A stretch of DNA of 20,490 nt from Acanthaster planci (Eukaryota): the NCBI RefSeq assembly GCF_001949145.1, contig NW_019091355.1, forward strand, positions 2,441,107 to 2,461,596, written 5' to 3'. Shown here piece by piece: positions 1-10,791 of this stretch (positions are counted from its first letter, which is position 1; each line of letters starts with the position of its first letter). The notes under the pieces are model-generated. The model had not been told where the DNA came from and did no database searches. It was given only the letters and a program-made list of their open reading frames with translations. The position numbers were made by a program, and so were the translations under genes.

Positions 1-62
1 GCCCTTTTTGAACATGTTACATTTTTAAATATTGTCTGATACATCTTTTCTTTCAATTTTAG

Positions 63-325
63 AACGTTTTCTGAACGAAGACGGCCAGCTCCCTGCCAAG
101 CTTCCAGAGAGCCTCATCCCTTTTGGGATTGGACGCCGTGTCTGCCTCGGTGAAGACTTTGCTAAGAAGGAAGTCTTTCTGCTTTTCACCTGGCTCTGTA
201 GCCGGTACACTTTCTACAAAGTACCAGGCAAAGAGGAGGAAACCGTGCTGAGATTGAACAAGGAACTGGCACTTGCTCACCAGCTCTATGATGATATCGA
301 GGTCTGCGTTAAAAAACGCTTCTAA
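63..325 (+). CDS. Terminal exon of an upstream cytochrome P450 (copy A; clan 2, CYP17-like); rest of the gene lies 5' of the window
   Basis: Pyrimidine-rich acceptor ttttctttcaattttAG (61-62), then (E)RFL of the PERF motif, heme motif PFGIGRRVCLG, stop TAA 323-325. About 13 differences in 263 nt versus exon 8688-8950. Confidence 0.93.
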
Positions 326-1048
326 TTCGAATGGCCTGGTGAAAATAGGTACAGTCGTGCATTCAAGTTTGGATGGTTTTCACTGTCTGGAGTTGGGTTT
401 TAATTACAAACCTCGCTGATAGAGTTGATAGGAATCCTCCCTCCCTTACCGTCATATTGCATATCGTGTGAAGTTGCGTTAAGCACCTGTACCACTGGTT
501 AAGTGTCTATTAAAATAGTAGCTTGTGAGAAATAACCCTTTACCTTATAAAATTATGAAGCTTATATTTTGAATGTATCATACGTAATTATGAATACATG
601 AATATGAGAGATATTTGTGCAGGTAGTTAGTCGAGAGATTTGAACACATAGCAAGTATTTTGCCGATACGCTCTTTCGAAATGATTACTCTGGTGAAAAT
701 GAGAAATGTGCATTTTTTAAGAAGTATACACGTAGTGTCAAAATCTTTTACTCTATCTGGGATTTGAAACGTAATGATTATCTAACCTTATCTTTGTCAG
801 GTTTTGCCTCTGACAATGTAATTTGTACCAGTTTGTATCATTTTGATATCGTTACACGTGCATTGCAAACAGTGTAGTTACTGAGGTTACGATCAAAAGA
901 CAATGTAACCATCATTTGATTTGTAAATTCTATAAAACTTTTGTAAAATTGAACGGTGACAGAACATCAATATCATTTGCTAAGTTTAACAGATTAATTA
1001 GTGTAAATTTGTATTTTGATATATGTCTTGTAGGAATGCATGTTGTCT

Positions 1049-1054
1049 AATAAA
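1049..1054 (+). terminator. Candidate polyadenylation signal (AATAAA) of CYP copy A
   Basis: AATAAA about 725 nt after the stop in AT-rich 3' sequence; motif evidence only. Confidence 0.4.
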
Positions 1055-1266
1055 CTTAACTTGACAGATTACTGCCTCAAGGAATGAAGCATTTCTTTCC
1101 TAAGAAGGGTCACACAAGCTGATGCTAACATATAGGCTTTAAAATCAGTTGTATGTGTTAGAGAATGTTTTTCAGGAATGAAAGCCAACATTGCAGAGCT
1201 GTCAACATTGAGTAGTGTGTTGTGCACTTGGCTGTTGTATACAATTATAACACAATTTTTTTCGCC

Positions 1267-2375
1267 ATGCCTAAGTATTCTACGGGAAGTCGTGTTCATT
1301 CTACAGCAACCTCCACGGTCCCCAGACCTCCAGAAGACGTAGCTGTCGACATTTTGGCCATTGCAGCCAGAGAGATTGAGCGGCAGCTGAATACGCGCGA
1401 GTCGGTCACGTCCAAGGCCCGGGGCGGATCGCCAGGAGAGTGCCCAGCTGCGCCAGTCCCGTCGTAGGTGGTAGCTCTAATAGGTCAGTCGGTCGCTGTG
1501 CCCTGGCCCAAATCAAGACCTACCGGCAATGGCAGCCTCCTCCAATCCTTCGCCGGCGTCTTCTTCTATTACTACACCAAGGCTCCAAGGTAACTCGGCT
1601 GGTTCTGTCACGCCGTCTTCGGCTGGTAACACTAATCCACCGGTTTTTCACGCTCCTTCTTGGCCTCTGGCGGCTCAGTGGGGTGCACCATATTTGTGGG
1701 GCCAAGGGGCGTGGAATTCTTTTTCCCTGTATCCTTCGACAGCATTTGGTCAGCCTGTGCCATCCTTGCCTTCAGGGCCTGTTCTTCCCTACATGTTTGA
1801 TCCTTGGGGATTTCCTCTGGCTAAGCCTCCGCCTGTGGCTTCGCAAGGTGCAAACTTTAATTTTTCCGCCACTCCATCCAGCGCTTATGTCGGTACATCC
1901 AGGAACTTCGGCGTTTGTAGCAGTAACACTACTGTACCGATACAGCTGCAGCCCTTCTGACGTATAGCGGCAGTACGGTGTCGACGAGGCGTCGGCCATT
2001 ACTGACATTTAAGATGTCCTCACATGCTGTGTGGCATATCAAGTGGTGTGAAGTTTCGTGACCCTTACAAGAAGGATTCAGGTATTCCTCTCTCTGGTAA
2101 TGTTATTTCTTGGTGGCAGGATCTTAGATCTCATAAATTGTCTCGTGGCGGATTAAAAGACGAGCTCAGTGTTTTTGCAGTTTCAGAGGGGCAAGAACAG
2201 ATATGTCGCTCCCCCTGAGCTTCCGATTGGCCTCAAGAAGGTTTCCAAACGGGCTGATTCATCTCTGGTATCTATTGATGATAAGATGAAGATTCCTCAT
2301 AGTCATTTATTAAAGTTAGCTCTTCCTAGGCTCCACGGTTTACTCGGCGTCTCATCCCTGGCAGTTCGCGACTAG
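1267..2375 (+). mobile_element. Decayed retroelement ORF1/Gag-like remnant, possibly DIRS1-type, with frameshifts and stops
   Basis: GC-richer, coding-like island starting at gccATG (1267). Broken frames give a Ser/Pro-rich N-part followed by GIPLSGNVISWWQDLRSHKLSRGGLKDELSVF..(fs)..YVAPPELP..IDDKMKIPHSHLLKLALP, which resembles invertebrate DIRS1 Gag as I recall it. No RT or recombinase visible. Confidence 0.45.
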
Positions 2376-2419
2376 TACCCTCGACCTACGTATCTAGTCT
2401 TCATGTAGGCCTACCTGTA

Positions 2420-2835
2420 GATAATGATATATTGATTAGCCTTTTTTAAAGTAAGGGTTTTTATGTTTTTCTGTTTCTTGGGTTTTAATGAATTGTTTTT
2501 GATCTCTGTTTTCCTTTTAGCTACATGTGTTACAATTTTTATGGGGGGTCGTAATTTTTTCTGTTCTGTGAGGCATGTCAGTAGTTTTTGTTGCTCTTTT
2601 TAACGCACTTTTCGTTAGCAATAATTTGTCAAGTCTTGCTTTTGTGATGTTTTCGGTGAGTTTTTTTAGCTTTTTTTCTGCTGTTCGGTGACGCATGCCC
2701 ATGACATTTTTAGTTGTTTATATTTGACATTTTTTGTTCTCAGTTCTTCTTTTTGTAATTGCAACGCTGGTTGATTGTAAAGCGCCTGGGAGCATTGATT
2801 TTAAACGGATTAGGCGGTACATAAATCGACATTAT
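2420..2835 (+). mobile_element. 3' UTR and tail fragment of an L2/CR1-group LINE (or a SINE sharing its tail)
   Basis: T-rich tract ending in tgtaaagcgcct...taggcggtacataaatcgacattat (2776-2835) with a cgcct/aggcg stem. This resembles the tgtaaagcgc..gcgctatataaat..(att)n terminus of L2-group elements. The 5' limit is approximate. Confidence 0.5.
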
Positions 2836-3419
2836 GGTGGGCTTTTCAGCCCAGCAGGTTGCCAATGCAATGTAAACTTCGTCCAACCTGGGCTAACGGA
2901 GGGCTATATGGATATATGTGTGACACCTAGTGATGCCATGGATTACACAGCGAGAAAGTTGGGCTTATCACCTTGCGCTATCAGTTTAATACAAAGCATC
3001 CAACTGACGACAAAATTCACCTTAGAGAGCTCAGTTTCATGAAGTCAGAAAACACAGAAGGCCTTCAAGTAATCACGCATGAGAAATATGATTTCCCAAC
3101 CAACGCACGACACTCAGACTAGGACGAGTGTAACGTTAGGGCGAATTAGGCACTCAGACCATAGAGGAGTGAAGAGAACCAGATGATAAACCAGGCACAG
3201 GCTCATATGTCTCGTCCGTGTTATTTACACAACTGTTCCCTTTATCCTTGGATATGTCACATGGCAGTAATTTTTCAATCAGCAGCAGAGAACTTTGAAA
3301 AATTCTCCCATCACGCTTGCTCGCAGTTTGTCGCTCGCGCTACATGCATCAAAAGAGGTCAGGGGTTGGAGGTCGAGTTTTATAGACTGGTGCACGGAAA
3401 TCGAAACTGGAAACTGGAC

Positions 3420-3570
3420 TTATTACATGTGCAAGTCTGTTCATGTACTGTACACGTACATGTACATTGTTATGTACATGTACATGTCATGTGTATAGTA
3501 CAGCGTAATGTTCATGTACAGTACACGGTTCATGTACATGTAATTACGTAACTATATGTACATAATGTAC
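3420..3570. repeat. Degenerate (TACATG)n palindromic simple repeat upstream of CYP copy B
   Basis: Repeated tacatg/catgta/gtac units, e.g. gtacatgtacattgttatgtacatgtacatgtc. Confidence 0.8.
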
Positions 3571-3692
3571 TCGAGTCGCCTGATGGGGCGTCGCAGTTGC
3601 GAAAGCATGATGATGCCACTACGAGTGCACTACTGGAGGTTTTGTCTGTAGGTACATTCATCTTCGAGCAACGCAGGTGCAAACTGAAAAAA

Positions 3693-6600
3693 ATGCAAAT
3701 CATTGGAGACCTTTACCTGAACGTGACCACGCTCTTGGTGGGTGTAGGAACCCTGGTTGCCTACGCACTGTACAGAAGCACCAGGCGGCCCGCAGGTTTC
3801 CCGCCCGGGCCAGCCGCACTACCGCTTGTCGGAAATATTCCTCGTAAGTTCCCACTTTTTAACACGTCATACTTGCATGTGATGATGTAGGACTAGTTAG
3901 CTTGGATTTATATCAGGAGTATTCCTGATTTGAGGATTTCACCTTCAGGATTTTCTTGATTTTCAGGATTTTTCAAACAATTTTGTTTAAATGCCAAAAC
4001 TTTATAATTGCAGTATTTATCAGTAACTTGTAAGGTGTTTTTTACATGAAAGTTGATAGAGAGCCCTAGGCCAACACATGGAGTGGGGATTTCAACATGG
4101 AGGTAGGAAAAGGAGTGCCTTTAAGCAGGCACAAACATGTTGGGCCTTAAAGTTAAAACCTTTTGTGATTGTTTCATTTATAGGCGTAGTTCATTTTCGT
4201 CCAATCTCCTTTCCCCTGATGTAACTCATTTGTCACTTTGGGGTCAAACAGGCACATACACTTGGTATCCTAACATTATGGGGCAGCGCGGACATCCGGG
4301 ATTCTTGCAAAATGACAAGACTGTGGCAACAGTGACGAACGCACGCACCATCCAGTCCAAGGATCAGGGTACATTGTCTTTTCTTTGATCAGACAAATGC
4401 GTACACTCGTTGCAGTTGTTTTCATCGGCGCGGTGTGGTTGCTACCTGATATTTTGTGGAACTCCTGGATGTCCGTGCTGCCCCATACATTGTGCTTCAG
4501 ATGCACATCTACCCATGGTAAATCCACCCGGTACCCGGCTTTCCTTTAATGAAAATGGTAACATAAAAAAGTGGGACCCACCAGTAGTGCTCGAAAAACA
4601 AATTTTATCTTCAGTTTAATTTTCACTTATCCTTTTTTCCATTTTTAGAGTTGTATTTTGCAAAATCCCCCCTACAAGTCTTCAAAGAGCTGTGGCAGAA
4701 ATACGGAGCAGTGTACTCCTTGAAGTTTGCCACCGCCAATTTCGTCGTGCTGAACACTATTGATGTGGTCAAAGAGGCATTAATCAAGAAAGCTGCGGTG
4801 TTTGCTGGACGTCCTAAGTCATACTCAAGTTAGTCCATTGGGAAAAAAGCTGTCGAAACTCCATGCAGTAGTTTTAAGTTTCTTATTTAGTTATCCACCA
4901 AAATGCAAAGACTTTGAAAAAGTTATATTTTGCACATGTACGTATTCTTCGATGAAAATAAAAACATTGTCTGTAGAATTTTCTCAAATATTGCACATTT
5001 TTCCAGGATTGCTTAGTATTCGCGTGGGAATCTTAAAGAATTGTTGGCCTAGTATGATAGTGGGTATGGGTAGTGTTTGGGAGTTAGCAAGATCATTCAA
5101 CACAGAAGTTGTCAAGCCCTCAGGCGTTGATTTTTTCCATTATAGAAAGTATAATCTAGTTTGATACTTTATTTTATTTTTCCTTTGGTTATGCAACATC
5201 TTGTGCTTTATTTCTCTGATTCTAGTTGGATTGCTCACCGATGGATTCAAGGATATTGCCTTCTCAACCTATGGCCCCCAGTGGCGTTACCAACGCAAAC
5301 TTGGCCACACTGCCATCAGGTATTACTAAGAATTTATGAGAAATGAGGTTTCTCAGTCCATATCTCTGTAAGTTTGAATTTTGCACAGTGGCATAAGGTT
5401 AATGTGAAGATAATGCTACTTTTTTGCAACATAATGCACAGCTGCAGAAAAGAGACCAAATAAAGTAGTGGTATTCAAAACAAAAGCCACATGAAAAATT
5501 ACCTCATCATGTTACAAAAGGTTTTTGAAAATGTTATTTCATGATATGGTGGTGGTCTGCGTAATTGATAAATGAGAATGCATGTAGTTACAAGTTAATT
5601 GATCTTTGCTTCCTTTGTTAAGAAACAGATTTTCTCAAAAAGAATTACAGAAGAATGGGCCCCGATTGTTCATTTTAAGAAAGTGTAAAAGGCAAGTGAA
5701 CTTTCAAATTTCGCTGAATTCTGCACATAACTTTACCTTTTTTGAAATCGGGAATACATTTAATGGCAGGCACTTTACACAGGAGGGGCGTTTCGAGCCA
5801 ATTGTTTTCAGCGTCACCCCAGGAATTGCCCAAATTCTGGATGAAATGGGAGACAAGCCATTTGCTCCCAAATGGACGATTGGCCGGATAGTGTACAATG
5901 TCTTGGCTACCCTGTGCTTTGCCAAAACGTGAGTATAATGTATTTCTGGCAATTTACAACGGCAACAGCATGAACAGACAGAGATCATACAATGTCATAA
6001 CAGTCATATGTTACTGTCATGTGACCTTAAGCACAGCCATCAACATATGCTCATTTTTATTCTGTACATTTTGAAGTTGCTACCAACTTAAGGTTTAAGT
6101 CTGAATCTCATCTTGGCATTGATCAGGTACGAATTCAACGATCCCGACTTACTGAACTGGATTGATCTCAACACCGAGTTCACCAAAGTTTTTGGTGGCG
6201 GTATACCTGGGGATTTCATGACCATTTTCCAGTACATCCCAACTCCGACTGATACAAAGTTCAGGCATCTCCTGAAGCGCGTAAAGCAAATGTACCAAGA
6301 GGAGTTTCAGAGACACCGTCAAACCTTCGACCCAGGTAAAGTTCACTCGATCAAAGACCACAGGTAATTGAGTTGATCATTTCATTGCTTGAGTCTGGAT
6401 TTGTTTCAGGAATGGCTTGCTTCGTTATATTTTTCATAGACACTATGATGTTGGTACAAATATCCTGGTCAGCTATCAAAGTGTTGTTTTTCGTCAGAGA
6501 AAATTCCTAATCAGGCTTTGAGTTTGTCTATTCAGGCTTTGAGTTTGTCTATTTTTTACCTCAAATAAAAAGGGATTATAGACACCATGTCTCACTTGCC

Positions 6601-8950
6601 GGCCGTAAACATGTTAATTGGTAGCATGCTCAACATTTGTGCAAACTTGGTTTTCTTGGGTATTCTGCAGAATATGCACATTTGCTGGTAACATTCATTT
6701 CATGTGCCCCGACCTATGTACTATGTACAGAATTGGGTTTACGTGAATGCATAGTCGGGTTGGCGTAGTGATTCTTTCCTCACCTTCCACCTCTGTGGTA
6801 CGGGTTCGATTCCCAGCTCCATCCACAGGTGGCTTGAATGTTCAGTCCCTATTGTACTTGCTTCTCATTTTTTCTACAGATTTATGCCAGCTTGCCAGGT
6901 ACAGTGCCTAGGATGCATTTGAGGAATCCTTGGTGTCATTACCACAAATCAATCATAATAATTTTATGATGTCATCAGAGTAGAGTGTACGTAAATGTTC
7001 AGGTTGCATGCACTTGCCAAACTAAGAAGCTGGTTGCATGTTCTGTCTTATCTCTTCATGTTTTAAACATCACCTTATGGATATTGTGTGTGTAAGCAAA
7101 CCACTTTTTTTTCATCTGTAGAAAACATCCGTGACTTTGTGGACTCCTTACTGCTGACCCAGAAGGAGAACATTGAAGCAGGAGAGGAGGGAGCCGACTG
7201 TCTGACAGACACGCACCTGGTCCAGACGGTGATGGACATTTTTGGAGGTACATGCTTAAATCCACGAAGAGCCAGGTTTTTTATTACAACCCCCCCGTCC
7301 CCTTCAAGATTTCAGACTGTTCATTTGGAATCTTAGAATGGTTGTAAAGGCAACCATCATGAGTGTATATGTGAAGTTGCAGTTCAACCTAGTGTAAAGT
7401 GTATGTTGTGAGAGTCTTTATAATTCACATTGTCATACAATTTTTGGCTGACCTGTCCTTGTAAAGTTGACATTTCATGACAATGATGAGAATAGTACAT
7501 GTATGTGCAATTTCTCATAAACGTAGTGTTGAAATGACCATAAGACATCATTAAAAAAGCGCCCAGAGTCTCTGCATGAAACACAATAATAACATTCATT
7601 CCAATGATATCAGAGACAGTGACAAGGAGCCAGATTCTCACCTGGTCCCAACTCCCTTGATATAAATCCTGATCCAGTTGTCATTCATCTATTTAATAAG
7701 GAATCCGGTTGGGCATATCTTAATCTATCTTTTTCAATCTCATAGCGGGAACAGACACCACTATTATCACCCTCCACTGGGCTGTCCTCCTCATGACTGA
7801 GTATCCCGAACTCCAGGAAAAGGTTGCTATGGAAATTGATGAGGTCATAGGTCATGACAGGATGCCCTCATTGACCGATAGGGGCTCTTTGCCGTTTACT
7901 GAAGCCACCCTTCTGGAGATATTTCGGTATGGCCCCGTGGCACCACTTGGCGTTCCGCATTCTGTGATGGAAGACACAACACTGTGTATGTATTGCCTAT
8001 TCACTCAATGCATGAAGAGCCAAACGACTATCAAGACAATTCATATTGATACCATGAAACCCCTCTTCCGTGGTTCCTGGTCATGTCACTGGCAAGAAAC
8101 TCCAATTAGAAAAGTCAAGAACAATTCCCAACAAACCACTTGAAAACTCGCACTCCAAGCCCAAACTACAGTCAAGTACTTGACCGTTAAAAGCAGGCTG
8201 CCGTGATCCTTCTGAAGTCTTTTTCTTCCTCATCCAGGTGGATACAAACTCCCAAAGAAAACCACTGTGATGATCAACCATATGGCTCTTCACTTCAGCC
8301 CAGCTGAGTGGGAAGAGCCGGACAAGTTTAAACCAGGTAAGGTAACACAAGAGTAAGTCTTTGCACATGTCTTGCTCATAATTATTTTACATAAGAGCAG
8401 CAGCACCACCACACCACATTGTCACAATCACATCATTTTTTGTGACTGCAATTCAAGTCTAGTCATGAGCATTTCCTCACAAGTCAGGTTTCGAGTCGAT
8501 TTTTCTTGTGTCGAGTCCTGTTTTGAGTCTTTTCGTTCCCTTACTCAAGTCACAACATCATTCCTCCCCTTTTTCAAGTCTGTCTGGAGTCATAATTTAC
8601 ATGGTACTTGTGTGTTTGCTCTAATGCCCTTTTTGAACCTGTTACATTTTTAAATATTGTGTGATACATCTTTTCTTTCAATTTTAGAACGTTTTCTGAA
8701 CGAAGACGGCCAGCTCCCTGCCAAGCTTCCAGAGAGCCTCCTCCCTTTTGGGACTGGACGCCGTGTCTGCCTCGGCGAGGACTTCGCTAAGAAGGAAGTC
8801 TTTCTGCTCTTCACCTGGCTCTTCAGCCGGTACACTTTCTACAAAGTACCAGGCAAAGAGGAGGAAACCGTGCTGAGATTGAACAAGGAACTGGCGTTTG
8901 CTTACCAGCTCTATGATGATATCGAGGTCTGCGTTAAAAAACGCCTCTAG
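3693..8950 (+). CDS. Cytochrome P450 copy B, clan 2, steroid 17-alpha-hydroxylase/17,20-lyase (CYP17)-like; 9 exons, 506 aa
   Basis: Exons 3693-3843, 4649-4828, 5226-5319, 5770-5928, 6127-6335, 7122-7247, 7746-7985, 8238-8336, 8688-8950; all GT-AG with compatible phases, total 1521 nt. Motifs: N-terminal membrane anchor, PPGPAALPLVGN, FAGRP, WRYQRK, DIFGAGTDTT (I-helix), EIFR, PERF, PFGTGRRVCLG. Confidence 0.95.
4277..4487. mobile_element. MITE (~211 bp) in intron 1 of CYP copy B
   Basis: TIRs tatggggcagcgcggacatccggga / tcctggatgtccgtgctgccccata (23 of 25 match), with looser inverted similarity further in. Flanked by cat...cat, or alternatively a TA duplication at the ends. Confidence 0.85.
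6511..6552. repeat. Perfect 21-bp tandem duplication
   Basis: tcaggctttgagtttgtctat occurs twice in tandem in intron 5 of copy B. Confidence 0.95.
6753..6965 (+). mobile_element. tRNA-derived SINE in intron 5 of CYP copy B
   Basis: Pol III A box tggcgtagtg (6761-6770) and B box ggttcgattcc (6803-6813) at tRNA-like spacing but with no closed cloverleaf. 3' stem-loop cctaggat/atccttgg and an aatcataataat tail. Confidence 0.75.
8454..8591. repeat. Cluster of about nine (A/G)AGTC motifs in intron 8 of copy B; possible DNA-transposon subterminal relic
   Basis: caagtc/gagtc recur in one orientation over ~140 bp; no TIR or TSD recognised. Confidence 0.4.
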
Positions 8951-10098
8951 TATAAATCGCCTTGAGAAAATAGGTACAGTCGTGCATTGTATCAAAAGTT
9001 TAGATGGTTTTCACAGTCTTGAGTTGGATTTCTATTGTAAACCTTGACGATAGAGTTAATGTTAGGCATCCTGCCTTACTGTCAGCTGCATACCACGTAA
9101 AGTTGCGTTTAGCACCTCTCAGTGTGTTGATAAAGTGTCGTTGGTATCCCCATTAAACTCTAATGCGAACACTCTTGAGTGAAATATCTAGAGATCTGAC
9201 TACAAATGTTCCCTATTCAGAAATATGATTAATCTGGATTAATGATTGAAGTCTTTGTGAATCAGGAGTAACTTTTTAAATGACGCTGTTATTTTTTATG
9301 CCCTTTGAAAGGCAGTTTTACAATGTACCACTGGTTAAGTGCCTATTAAAATAGTAGCTTGTGAGAAATAACCATTTACCTAATAAAATTATGAAGCTTA
9401 TATTTTGATTATATTATACATAATGTATGAATATATGAGATATACATGTATTTATGCAGGTAGTTAGTCGAGAGATTCAAACACATAGCAAGTATTTCGC
9501 TGATTCTGTCTTTCGAAATGATTACTCTGGTGAAAATAAGAAATATGCATCTGATCCAAGAAGTATAGTGTCAAAATTCTGTACTCTGTGATTTGAAACG
9601 TAATAATTATCTGACCTTATCTTTGTCAAGTTTTGCCTCTCTGACAATGTAATCATTTTTACCAGTTTGTATCATTTTTATATCGTATATTTTTACACGT
9701 GCATTGCAAACAGTGTAGTTACTGAAGTTTGTTGTTGGTTACGATCAAAAGACAATGTAACCATTTGATTTGTAAACTGTTCAAACATTTTTGTTAAATT
9801 GTATGGTGACAGAACATCGATATCCTGTAAGTTTAACTGTTTGATTGGTGTAAATGTATATGTTGATAGATGACTTACAGAAATCTATTTTGTCTAATTG
9901 TAAAGGTAAAACTTAACTGAACGACAGATGTCTCTAGGAATGAAGCATTTCTTTCCTCAGAAGGCTCACATAAGCTGATGTTAACATAATAAACGTTAAA
10001 ATCAATTGTATTCGTAAGAGTATGTTATTCAGGAATTAAAGCCAGCGACGCAGAACTGCCAACATTGAGTATGTGTTGAGCACATAGCCATTGTATAC
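8626..10098 (+). repeat. Tandem duplication, copy 2; paralogous to 1-1240, with a 207-bp extra segment (9118-9324)
   Basis: Collinear with 1-1240 through the last exon and 3' flank. Confidence 0.93.
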
Positions 10099-10575
10099 GA
10101 TTGGAAGATGAAGTTTGAGTTTCAGACACCCTCATATTAAGTAAACACGAGTAGATCCAGTCGGAAAGGCGATGGGCGTCATGGCTCCTCTGAAAGGGAA
10201 CAAGCATTTTTATTTTTTAAAGGAGAAAGTCTTTAAGCCCTAATTTTATCTTTTTCATTTCCCTTCCAAAAGCCTGTAAGAAGCCCCCAAATGTAGCCTC
10301 GCTACTGAAACGCCATAAGAGTTTTTTTTAAAAAGTTGAAACACGTAGAGTGCCTTCTACATCAATTGGTATCATCCCTTTAGCTAAATTTGGCGTTCTT
10401 TGCTAACGCTACTAAAGCATTCACTTGAGAAAGTAAGCCACAGGGAGTTTTTGTTTGTTTTTTGTTGTCTTTCCATGGCATCTGTGTCAAAAATACGGCC
10501 ACTGTTATTGGCAACATTCACAAGTAAACAACTGCTCTGTTATACAAAACTTCTAAACGCTGCACAGTGTAAAAG

Positions 10576-10636
10576 TTAACCCTTTAACCCTCCTCAATCC
10601 TCCAACAGGTGAAGGATTGAGGAGGGTTAGGGTTAA
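10576..10636. repeat. 61-bp hairpin with a perfect 17-bp inverted repeat and TTAA-CCCT...AGGG-TTAA ends (piggyBac-like mini element)
   Basis: taaccctcctcaatcct (10585-10601) and aggattgaggagggtta (10613-10629) with an 11-nt spacer; outer ttaaccct/agggttaa. Confidence 0.85.
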
Positions 10637-10791
10637 GCCCATCATGGAGCTTGGCCAAACCTTTTCTATACGAACGAAACAAAGGAGCCCCGCTTACGTA
10701 GTCTGTTTATAGAAGCTGATACTCTGAAACGTACTTTAAATTTCAACGCAACATGGAACTGGGTCACGGACAAATTTGCGTGCAGTTATCC

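Larger units (their letters stand above)
1..1240 (+). repeat. Tandem duplication, copy 1 (end of last intron, last exon and 3' flank); paralogous to 8626-10098
   Basis: gccctttttgaacatgttac (1) matches gccctttttgaacctgttac (8626). Collinear blocks continue to cacttggctgttgtatac (~1225-1242) versus cacatagccattgtatac (10081-10098). Confidence 0.93.

Noticed and set aside
25..280. Minus-strand ORFs over CYP exons (also 5704-5988, 6149-6361, 8650-8995, 11167-11559, 13335-13637, 14479-14888, 15999-16214)
   Set aside because: Antisense shadows of real exons; they recur only because the sense exons are paralogous.
3183..3551. 122-aa ORF with HVHVH repeats
   Set aside because: Translation of the (TACATG)n simple repeat.
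3575..3610. Hammerhead-like ctgatgg...cgaaa
   Set aside because: The core is CTGATGG rather than CTGANGA, and the flanking stems do not form.
5320..5769. Possible U12-type intron (weak pyrimidine tract)
   Set aside because: The donor is gtattact (gtaagtca in C), not GTATCCTT, and there is no TCCTTAAC branch site.
6753..6825. Functional tRNA gene
   Set aside because: A and B boxes are present but acceptor and D stems do not pair; followed by a SINE-like body and tail.
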